Assembly: GCF_004010195.1 (NCBI RefSeq)
Contig: NC_057720.1
Coordinates: 24,410,414 to 24,474,413 of the forward strand
Source of the DNA: Chiloscyllium plagiosum
Taxonomy: Eukaryota
Length of the DNA stretch: 64,000 bases
Reading direction: 5' to 3'
Shown here: one piece after another, positions 13,301 through 25,300 of the stretch
Layout: every line of letters starts with the position of its first letter
Position numbering within the stretch: the stretch's first letter is position 1
Notes under the pieces: generated by a model
The model's input: only the letters and a program-made list of their open reading frames with translations
Databases searched by the model: none
What the model was told of the DNA's origin: nothing
Position numbers and translations under genes: made by a program

Positions 13301-16300
13301 TCCTTTCAGTTCATTCTTATTGTTTTCCCATCAACAATAGCTAGTTTTTCCTTTTTCTCCTTACCTTTCAGCCAGTTAAATGCTAAAGTGACAGCAATAA
13401 CAATTTATCCCAACATCTTTCATTCTCTTCTTTCCCTTTCCCTTTCTTCTTTTGTCATCCATTTAGCTCTATCATTGCCATCACATTCATCATTGTAAAA
13501 CATACAACAAATAGCCTTTATTTCTTAACCTCTTAATCCCATTCTACTGGCATTTCCACTTTGAAGCTTTACTTACTTTGGGAGGAAATTGTCTTGTTCC
13601 TATGAACATTTCCTTTTTGGAACCTTGGTTCAAATATAAAACGGTAAGGGAACTTGCAAGGGTACTGATGTGACAAAGTCAATCATGGATTAAACAAATT
13701 GATTTGAGATGGCACTTTGTGTAAGGAAACAAAATACCAGAGGGAAAATGGCTACTATTTCAGTGTAAAAACATTTTAATCAATGAATTTATAATTACAT
13801 TTAACTGAGCCAGGACGACCTGCTGAACTTCTGGAATTTTGTATGCAATAAATCAGTTGCTTATATCAAATATTTTGTGCAAATTGAGTCAACATGTGCT
13901 ATTAGCAATGCAGTATTCCTCTTGGAGAATGTATAACCAATGTTTTAAGTTGTGTATTAGAATTATAAAAATTAAATAAATTATTTCATGTAATGTCTTT
14001 GATGTTGCTACCTTAACAGAAAGTCTCCCTCTATCAGCCACATGCCTCCACCTCCACCTCCTCAAGCTAAAGTGACAGCAATAACAATTTATTCCAAAGG
14101 GTTTATTTGCTCTGCTGGACCTGGTGTTGTGTATATGTTTGAAAGAGGAGAAGAGAAGGATACCTTTAAAAAAACAAGGGTAATTAGGGTGAGTTCTTCA
14201 TTAGACGAGACTGAAATAATACTTGTAATAATAAATATTGAATAATAATTGTCGTGTATTTAAAGCAGTAATAGTCTCCCGCACTGAGAAGATTCAAAGG
14301 CATTTGGAAGCTCTTTATGTAGTAGGGAGTAAATTTTAGAAATTAACAGTGGAAATTTGAAGTGAAAATATAAGGTACATAAATGAGTTGAATAGGTACT
14401 GATATTTTGTGGTATAGATTCTGCCCACAGCTATTGTCACTTAATATGGCAACAAGGAGTGGCTCTTCAATCCATTTTAATTAATACTTGAAATTCACCA
14501 TCTCAACTGTTGCAATTTTGATTGATTTATTTCATAATGCCATACACTCTTGTTATTCAGTCACACCTGTTTATCAATGATGATGATCATCATCATTATT
14601 GGTAGTCACTCGCAGATGAGGATGACACTCTTCCAATCTCAGGGTGAGTCTGTAAGTGGCTGTATAGACTGATGTGGCTGCCACAAGTTCTGTTATACTT
14701 GGGGCAGGTGGTGGTCACGGGAAGAGATGGATAGGGCATTAGTATGACAGCATGGTCCTTTCGCTGTTTTCCCCTGGCTTCCATTTTTTTTCCCGATGCC
14801 AAGTCTTGAGGTTCTTGATGCCTTCCCAGAGGCTCCTGCTCCATTTTGGACGGTCTTAGACTAGTGATTCCCACGTGTCTGTGAGAATGCCGCACTTCAC
14901 TATTGAGGCTTTGAGAGTATCGCTGAAGCACTTCCTCTCCCACCTGGGGCTCACCTGCCAGTTCAAAGTTGGGAATAGAGCACCTGCATGGGGAGTCTCG
15001 CGTCAGTCATGCGGATGATGTTCTGAACCCATCGTAGCCAATCTAGGGTGGTCAGTGCCTCGATGCTGAGGATGTTGGCCTCGTCAAGGATACTGGTGTT
15101 GGTGCATTTCTCTTCCGAGCAGATTCGCGGAATCTGGCAGCATTGGTGGTACTGCTGCAGTGTTTGAAGTGTCTGCTGTAGACAGTCCACATCTCAGAGC
15201 CATATAGGCGCCAACCACAACAGCTCTGTAAACCGTGATCTTGCTATCAGGCGACTAGCAAAATCCTGTATTTTGATTATTCACTGATTGTAACATAAAC
15301 TGTATAGAACACTGGGGACCCTGGGCATAAGTTTATTCTGCAATTTTACATCAATTCTCTGGGGACAGCACTGCATACACCTTTGAGTCTGACAGTACAG
15401 TATTCTTCTGACAAGTGCCCCCAGGGTAAGCTTAGTTACATAATACATGCACATTTCTTCCTCTTAATATCTGAAACAACTGAGGTAAAGTTTGCCTGTT
15501 AAGGTTGATCCAGTAGTTCTGTTCAGTACTCAAATTTTTATGATGTAAAGCTATTTCACTTATTTAGACATTATTAGCCAGTGTACATTGAACAATAGTT
15601 TAAAGTAGAATATACATAAAGTAAATTGGTTAAAAAACCCTGCAAAATTATTCACTTTTATGCTTTTATTTCAAATCCACTGAATTATTTCTAACCATCA
15701 AAGAAGTGAAGAGTTTTATTTTGAAAAATAGCATTTCCAGAAGTTGTCAGAAATTAGTTTAGTAAGTAACTACATTATGACTAACATCTGTTCAGGGTCT
15801 CGAATCTAGATTCTGAGAAATTCATGCACATAGAGTTTACATTTGTCCAAAAAGGAAGACATATATTTTGTCCCTTAAGGCATAGCCTACATCCTTGTCC
15901 TAGTGAGCTTAGGCATTGTTTGGTGACAGATGACTCAGGTAAACATAGCGTCATGCAGCACAGAAACAGACCGTTTAGTCCACCTCGGCTTTGCCGACCA
16001 AGTTTCCCAAACTAAACTAGTCCCACTTGCTTGCATTTGTCCCATATCTCTCTAAATCTTTCCTATCAATGTACTTGTCCAAATGTTTTAAATACCTGCA
16101 TCTACCACTTCCTCTGGCAGTTCATTCCACACACAACTACCCTCTGTGTGAAAAAGTTGCCCCTCAGGTCCCTTTTAAATCTTCTTCCTCCTACCTTAAA
16201 AATTGCCCCATAGTCTTGAAATCCCCCATCCTAGGGAAAAGATACCTGCCATTCACCTTATCTATACCCAGAAACATCCTGGTAAATCTTTTCTGAAACC

Positions 16301-19300
16301 TTCTCCAGAATATCCTTCCTATAACTGGGCAACCAGAACTGTTCACAGTACTCCAAATCATGGCCACACCAATGTCCTGGACAACATCAACATGATGCTT
16401 CAATTCTTACACTCAATGGTCTGAGCAGTGAAACATACTTTCTAAGAATGCAACTTTCTAAGAACCCTGAGGTCTCTCTGTTCAACAACAATACCCAGTA
16501 ATATTGTTGAAACATTTGATTAGGTCATTGGCTTGCAGGATTATTTAGAACTGTTTGAGAATAAGCATCTACCACTACACGTCCTGTAATGTGATATACA
16601 AGATGACAACTCTTAACATTGCCATCAATCAGTCAGTTTTAGGCATGACAATGTTTTGGAAGGTAACTCATTTCCAGGTCTTCCATCAGCAAAAGGAAGT
16701 TTAATCTTTTACAAGATCCAGGTTACTGCCTTCTCTTTATTTTGTATTTGTTCACATGATGGGACATCAATGGCAATGACTCACCATTTATTGACATCTT
16801 TAACTGCCACTGAGGTGGTGATACTGAGTTACCTTCTTGAATTCCTACAATCTATATGATGTAGATGGGAGATGGGAATTCCAGGATATTGACTTTATGG
16901 CAATATAATTCCAGTTCAGGAAGATATATGTGACTTGAAGGGAAGCATGCAGGTGGTGGAACTCTCCAGGAGACACTAAAGATGATGTTTCCTTTTCTGT
17001 TGATCAATATCGTTTTGAGCATAGTTTGTGAAAAAGTTTTTAAATTATATGTGTGCCTTTTCCTTACCATCACCTTTTTGGCTGAAATCCTATTCTGTGT
17101 TGCCCACCAGATTCCACAGGATCCATACAGCACAGATCCATCCCATGCAGAACAGCAAGAGATTTCAACTCTTTGTCTTAGTCCCTCAGAGGAAGCGCTA
17201 ATTGCTAGTACAAATAAGAACCAATTGTACAGCATCACATTATCTTCTGCTGAAATAAGTAAGGTGAGCACTGCCTTGAGCATTTTAGGAATTAGCATGA
17301 TTAACATGAAATGAAAACTTAATAAACAGAAACATTCTAATAACAAACAGGTTACATAAGTGGGCAAAAAGTCAGCAAATGGGATATGATGTGTGAAAAT
17401 GCAAAGTCATTCATTTTGGAAGAACAAGATGTTATTTAAATGAAGAAAAACTGCATAAAGCTGCACCACAAAGGGGCTTGAAGTTACTTGTGCATGTAAC
17501 ACAGAAAGCTAGCACACAGGTGCAGCAGGTAATCAGGAAGGCTAATGAAATGTTGGCCCTTATGTCAAGAGGGTTGGAGTATACAAGTGGAGAAAAAGTT
17601 TGGGCTGCAGATGTTGGAGATCAGAGTCAAAAGTGTGGTGCTGGAAAAGCACAGCAGGTCAGGCAGCATCCGAGGAACAGGAGAATCGATGTTTTGGGCA
17701 AGGACCCTTCATCAGGAATTAGGCTACTGAGCAAAGGGGGTGGAGAGATAAATGGCAGGAGGGATAGGTCTGAGGGGAAGACAGCTGAGAGTGCGATAGG
17801 TAGCTGGAGGTGAGGGTAATGGTGATGGAGGAAGGTGGAGCCGATAGGTGGGAAGGAAGATGGACACATAGGACAGGTCATCAGGGCGGTGCTGAGATGG
17901 AAGGTTGGAACTACATAATGTAGGGGGAGGGGAAGTGAGGAAACTAGTGAATTTCCACATTATGCCATGTAGTTGAAGGGTCCAAAGCCGGAAAATGAGA
18001 TGATCTTCCTCCAGGCGTTGGGTGGTTAGTGTGTGGCAATGGAGGAGCCCAGGACCTGTATGTCCTTGGTGGAGTGGGAGGGGGAGTTGAAATGTTTGGC
18101 CACGGGGCGGTTGGGTTGGTTGGTGCGGGTGTCCTATGTAGTGAAGAGTAGGGAAGTCTTACGGCAACTGTACAAAGTGTCGGTGACACCACATCTGGAG
18201 TAATGTGAAGAGGTTTTCTCCCCTTGTTTAAGGAAATATATCATTTCATTGGATGCTGTTCAGTTAAGATTCACTAGGATGATCCTTGATGTGGAAGGAT
18301 TGTTGTATGAGCACATGCTGAACAGGTTAGACTCTACTCACTGGAGTTTGGATAAATGAGAGATGATCTCATTGAAACATACAGGATTCTTGACAGGATA
18401 AATGCTGAGAGGATGTTTCCCCTCATGGGGGAGTCTAGGACCAGAGGGCATGGTCTCAGAATAGAGGGATGCCAGTTTAAGACTGAGATGAAGAAGAATT
18501 TCTTTGCTCAGTGGGTTGTGTGACTTTTGAGAGAGCTATGGGGGAAGATTCCTTGTATATGTTTAAGGCTGAGATAGATTCTTGATCTTGATTGTAGGCG
18601 AATCAAGGCTTATTGGGAAATTGCATAAAAATGGATCTGAGAAATGTTAGATCAGCCATAATTCTATTGAGTAGCAGAGCAGGGTTGAGATGCCAATGTC
18701 CTACTCCTATTCCTTTTCTTATGGTCTTGTTGTCCTACAAACCTGGAGCAGAAATCAAGACTAAATTTACAATAAACCACAAGCCTTTGTTCAATATTTG
18801 CAAGATTGTATAATAGACCACAATCTTTTGACTTGATAGTTGTAACATAGATCTGCATTGGAGTATATTAACTGGAGGCAGTGACGTAGTGGTAATGCTC
18901 CTTGACAAGTATTCTAAAATACAGGCTCATGTTCTAGAGTGTCAGTGTTAGTAATGCAACAAAGGGTCAATCAGAATGGCTCCACAGTTGATTGAAAATA
19001 TATTAATCATTTTTCAAGCCCTAGTTTCTTGTGGTTGTGGATGATTGCACCTCCCCATTTTAAACTTATTGGGAAAATCTTTTGTTGTGCTTTTTGTTGC
19101 ACTTCAGCCCCAAGCTCCTGAACTTTAGGTATCTAATGCAGAGGGGTGTATGCAAGTCAGAGGACCTCCTCATGGGTCTGCTCTTAGGCTTGACCAAATT
19201 GGCTATTAACAGGTCCAGGCAGTGGGCTGTGGAGGGGGTCATTTTTGCTGACTGTCTAGCCATCTTCTGTGCCAACATTCATTCCCAGGTGTCCTTGAAA

Positions 19301-22300
19301 ATGGACAGCACGTTGTCCACCAATGATGTTGATGCCTTTAGAGCGAGGTGGGCACTGCGAGGTGGATACAATCCTTTATCTCCCTCTCCAGCTCTGTTTT
19401 GATTTGGTCCCTCCCCACTCTCCGTATCCCCCTCTCACTTTTGGTAGTTGGCTTTGCCTATAATGCTTTGCACAAACACTTCTAATTGGCGATGGTCCAG
19501 GTGATATGGTGATGGGAAAATTGTTTGGTTGTGTGTGATAACATCTTTGGATGTAAAAAATAAAAGAGCGAGGCTCTTATTGTTTGTTGACAATTACCCT
19601 TTCTTTTTAGTTATTTGTCCTAGAACTGCTTTCCTAACAATAGTGTCTATATATCTATATGTCAAATGTTGCAGCTTTTCAGGAATATGACTCAATATCA
19701 TTCTCAAGAGCAATTAGGGATGATGGCCTAGCCACTGTCACCCAAATACCATGAGTGATTTAAAAACAAAATTAAAACAGAAATTGCTGGAGAAACTCAG
19801 CGGGTCTGACATAATCTGTAGAGAGAAAACATTTTGAGTCTCATAACCTTTCTTCAGGACAAATTCACAAAAATTAAGTTCCGACCTGAAAATTTAGTTC
19901 TGCATCATATCTTGTCTTATTCAAGCTACAGTGATATTTGACTGTGTATTTAATCCATTGTTTTGCATATCTTCAGATCTATTTTGTCTTATTTTTAACA
20001 GAGTGAGCTGACACATTTTGAATTTCTCTGTCAATCGTTCCACTCCAATGTCATCACAGGCTTGGATATCTGCATTCGAAAACCCCTTGTTGCCACCAGT
20101 TCGGTAGATAGATCAATACGCTTGTGGAACTATGAGACGAAGTATGGATTGCAGCTCTTTTAAATCTGTATAATAAGAAACAGGCAAAAATGACAAAGTA
20201 TTTTTTCTATTAGCAGAGTGCATAGTGCTAAACTGCATTGTGAGAATCCCATGTTAGGACATTTTCTAGACCAGTCAATTAAATAAACAAGATTATTTAA
20301 ATTTTCTACTTCACAATTTACAGGTCTTTTATCTTTAGGACTTGAGTAAATATTTCTTCCCTTCCCCTTTTGTTCTCTGTTATTCCAACTTTTTCAACTT
20401 CCACATTTCTCAGTTCTGCTGAGCAGTGTACACCCAAAATGTTGAGACCATAAGACATAGGAGTGGAAGTAAGGCCATTTGGCCCATCGAGTCCACTCCG
20501 CCATTTGATCATGGCTGATGGGTGTTTCAATTCTACTTACCTGCACTCTCCCCGTAGCCCTTAATTTAATTGATCTCTGCCTTGAAAACACCCAATGTCC
20601 CAGCCTCCACTGATTAGATTCCCTACAGTGTGGAAACAGGCCCTTTGGCCCAACAAGTCCACACCGACCCTCAGAAGAGTAACCCAACCCCCTCTGACTA
20701 ATGTACCTAATAACTATGGACAATTTAGCATGGCCAATTCACCTGACCTGCACATCTTTGGAATGTGGGAGGAAACCTACATAGATACGGGGAGAACGTT
20801 GAATTGAACCTGGGACCCAGGCGCTGTGAGGAAGCAGTGCTAACCACTGAGCCACCATGTTGCCCCTATTGTTTTGGATTCTGATTGGCATGCTGAGTAT
20901 TTCAGCTCCCAGCATTTAGTGTTTTTTTTATTGAAGACAATGAATTAGCCATGATTACTACTGATATTTACAACACCGAAAAACAATGAGCTCTCAAATC
21001 TAAGAATGTAGCAACAATTTACTAAGTAAATATTTTGCAGTAATTTGAAGTCTGTCCCAAATGTTGAGGTCTAACTTTGTGAGTTGAATGGTCTAATGTC
21101 ATAATGTATTGGAATATTAATATTTTATGATACAATATGTAAGGGTACAAATGTTCTACCCCAGGTATCTTAAAACTCTTCATATGCTGTTGAGAGGTCA
21201 CCAACCTCTCTGCCAATGTCTATGGAACTCAATTCAATGTCAAGAACAACATGTCATCATTCTTGAAAGTACCATGCACTTCATGTTGGAATAGTAATCT
21301 GAATGGCTTCAAACATTGATTTTAAATCTCTTTTAATTTCAATCTTGCTCCCTACATTTTCCATATCTCCCATTTTCCACATTTTCTCTAGTTTCTGTCT
21401 TTCTCAGCTATTTATGTCTCAACAAATGAATAAGAAGCAGGAGGAGGCCATTCTGTTACTTTAGACGAATCTGTGATTTAAAAGGTTTTGATAAAAGGTG
21501 TATTATACCATATATTATTGACATTTAGTATTTGGATTTTAAAATAGAGACAGATGAATTTTGGACATTGCTGTAAAGGCTTTTTTAAAAAAGATCATGT
21601 CAGAAAGTCATTTCGAACAGTGAACTAGATACATCATTTACAAGAAGGCAAGTGGCTAAGTACCCAGCTGGATACCTGTGGTATTAAAGTAGAGTTTATG
21701 CTAAATTTATGTGAAAACTGATCAGGGCCATTAGTTTTGTCTTGACTTGACCATAATGGGAGTTATGTACAACCCTCCCAGCAGTGGTCAGGACCAGGGG
21801 CACAAGATGTACTAGGAAATAGGGCATGTCAGAAAGGCAAGGTCATGTTGATCATAGGAGACTTCAATATGCAAATGGTCTGGGTGGATCCAAAGAAAGG
21901 GAATTCATGGAATGCTTACAGGATGGCTTTTTGGAACAGCGTGTGATGGAGCCCACAAGGCAGCAGGCTATTCTGGACTTAGTGCTATATAATGAACCAG
22001 ACTTTATAAAAGATCAGGCAGCATCCAGGGAACAGGAGAATCGACGTTTCGGGCATAAGCCCTTCTTCAGGAATGGGGAAAGTTTGTCCAGCAGGCTAAG
22101 ATAAAAGGTAGGGAGGAGGGACTTGGGGGAGGGGCGGCGCCCCTCCCCCAAGTCCCTCCTCCCTACCTTTTATCTTAGCCTGCTGGACAAACTTTCCCCA
22201 TTCCTGAAGAAGGGCTTATGCCCGAAACGTCGATTCTCCTGTTCCCTGGATGCTGCCTGACCTGCTGCGCTTTTCCAGCAACACATTTCCAGCTCTGATC

Positions 22301-25300
22301 TCCAGCATCTGCAGACCTCACTTTCTCCTCCTTTATAAAAGATCTTAAAGTAAGGGAACACTTAGGAGGCAGCAATCATAATGTGGTAGAGTTGTCTGCA
22401 GTTTGAAGGAGAGAAGGCAAAATTGGATGTAATGGTGTTCTAGTTAAATAAAGGTAATTACAGGGGCATGAGAGAGGAACTGGCGAAAATCAACTGGAAG
22501 CAGAGTCCAGTGAGGAAGACAGTAGAGCAACAATGGCATGAGTTTCTGCGTGTAATTGAGAACACATTATTGAGGTTCATCTCAAAGAAAAGAAAGATTA
22601 TCTGGGGTGGAGAAGATTAGACAGCCATGGCTGACAAAAGAAATCAGGAAATATATCAAAGAAAAGGAGAGAGCCTATAAAGTGGCCAAGAGCATTGGGA
22701 ACAGAAGATTGGGAAGACTACAAAAACAAACAGAGGATAACAATGAGAGAAATAAGGAAGGAGAGGATCAAATATGAAGGTAAGCTAGCTAGTAATATAA
22801 GAAATGACAGTAAAAGTTTCTTTCCATACATAAGAAACAAACGAGAGGCAAAAGTAGAAATTGGACCGCTCCAAATTGATGAGGGAAGACTAGTGATGGG
22901 AGATAAGGAAATAGCTGAAGAACTTGATTAGTACTTTATGTCAATCTTCATAGTGGAAGACATGAGTAATATCCCAAGAATTAAGGAGAGCCGGGCACAG
23001 AGTTGAGTATGATATCCATTACAAAAGAGAAAAAGCTAGAAAAAAATCAAAGGTCTAAATATTGACAAATCTTATGGCCCTGATGGGCTACATCCTAGAG
23101 TTCTGAGGGAGTTGGCTGAGGAAATAGTGGAGACATACAGGAGTTAGGTCTGAAGGCTGATAAGTCCCTGAGGCCTGATGGTCTACATCCCAGGGTACTG
23201 AAGGGGTGGCTCTAGAAATCGTGGATGCGTTGATGATTATTTTCCAGAGTTCGATAGATTCAGGATCAGTTCCTGCGGATTGGAGAGTGGCTACTGTTGT
23301 ACCACTTTTTAAGAAAGGAGCGAGAGAGAAAGCAGGAAATTATAGACCAGTTAGTCTGACCTCATTGGTGGGAAAGATGCTGGAGTCAATTATAAAGGAT
23401 GAAATTACAACACATCTGGATAGCAGTAATAGGATAGGTCAGAGTCAGCATGGATTTATGAAGGTGAAATCATGCTTGACTAATCTTATGGAATTTTTTG
23501 AGGATGTAATTCTGAAGATGGACAAGGGAGATCCAGTGGATGTAGTGTACCTAGACTTTCAGAAAGCCTTTGATAAAGTCCTACATAGAGGGTTAGTGAG
23601 CAAAATTAGGGCACATGGTATTGGAGGCAAAGTACTGACTTGGATTGAAAATTGGTTGGCTGACAGGAAGCAAAGAGTAGTGATAAACGGCTCCCTTTTG
23701 GAAAGGCAGGCGGTGACCAGTGGGGTACCTCTGGGATCAGTGCTGGAACCGCAGCTTTTTACAATATATATTAATGATATAGAAGATGGTATTAATAGTA
23801 ACATTAGCAAATTTGCTGATGATACAAAGCTGGGTGGCAGGGTGAAATGTGAGGAGAATGTTAGGAGATTACAGGGTGACCTGGACTGGTTAGGTGAGTG
23901 GACAGATGCATGGCAGATGCAGTTTAATGTGGATAAATGTATGGTTATCCACTTTGGTGGCAAGAACAGGAAGGCAGATCACTATCTAAATGGAGTAAAG
24001 TTAGGTAGAGGGGCAGTACAAAGAGATCTGGATGTTCTTTTACACCAGTCAATGGAGGTAAGCATGCAGGTACAGCAGGTAGTGAAGAAGGCTAATAGCA
24101 TGCTGGCCTTCATAACAAGAGGGATTAAGTATAGAAGCAAAGATGTTCTTCTGCCGCTGTATAGGGCCCTGGTGAGACCGCACCTGGCATATTGTGTGCA
24201 GTTCTGGTCTCCAAGTTTGAGGAAAGACATTCTGGCTATTGAGGGAGTGTAGCGTAGGTTCACGAGGTCAATTCCTGGAATGGTGGGACTATCTTATGTT
24301 GAAAGATTGGAGTGAACTGGGCTTATATACACTTGAGTTTAGAAGACTGAGAGGGGACCTGATTGAGACGTATAAGATTNNNNNNNNNNNNNNNNNNNNN
24401 NNNNNNNNNNNNNNNNNNNNNNNNNNNNNNNNNNNNNNNNNNNNNNNNNNNNNNNNNNNNNNNNNNNNNNNNNNNNNNNNNNNNNNNNNNNNNNNNNNNN
24501 NNNNNNNNNNNNNNNNNNNNNNNNNNNNNNNNNNNNNNNNNNNNNNNNNNNNNNNNNNNNNNNNNNNNNNNNNNNNNNNNNNNNNNNNNNNNNNNNNNNN
24601 NNNNNNNNNNNNNNNNNNNNNNNNNNNNNNNNNNNNNNNNNNNNNNNNNNNNNNNNNNNNNNNNNNNNNNNNNNNNNNNNNNNNNNNNNNNNNNNNNNNN
24701 NNNNNNNNNNNNNNNNNNNNNNNNNNNNNNNNNNNNNNNNNNNNNNNNNNNNNNNNNNNNNNNNNNNNNNNNNNNNNNNNNNNNNNNNNNNNNNNNNNNN
24801 NNNNNNNNNNNNNNNNNNNNNNNNNNNNNNNNNNNNNNNNNNNNNNNNNNNNNNNNNNNNNNNNNNNNNNNNNNNNNNNNNNNNNNNNNNNNNNNNNNNN
24901 NNNNNNNNNNNNNNNNNNNNNCCTCCACTGCACTCCGCGGCAATGAATTCCACAGGCCCACCACTCTCTGGCTGAAGAAATGTCTCCACATTTCTGTTCT
25001 GAATTTACCCCCTCTAATTCTAAGGCTGTGCCCACGGGTCCTAGTCTCCTCGCCTAACAGAAATCATTTCTTAGCGTCCACCCTTTCCAAGCCATGTATT
25101 ATCTTGTAAGTTTCTATTAGATCTCCCGTTAACCTTCTAAACTCCAATGAGTACAATCCCAGGATTCTCAGCCGTTCCTCATATGTTAGACCTACCATTC
25201 CAGGGATCATCTGTGTGAATCTCCACTGGACATGCTTCAGTGCCAGTATGTCCCTCCTGAGGTGTGGGGCCCAAGACTGGACACAGTATTCCAAATGGGG

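Larger units (their letters stand above)
21760..24379 (+). mobile_element. CR1-type LINE(s) with a long RT reading frame at 23206-24252
   Basis: [42 protein letters not shown]; premature stop at 24250-24252; probably two joined copies with a junction near 23135. Confidence 0.92.

Noticed and set aside
23206..24252. 348-aa RT ORF as an active or domesticated gene
   Set aside because: It is a fragment of CR1 ORF2 with upstream disruption, a premature stop and altered conserved motifs
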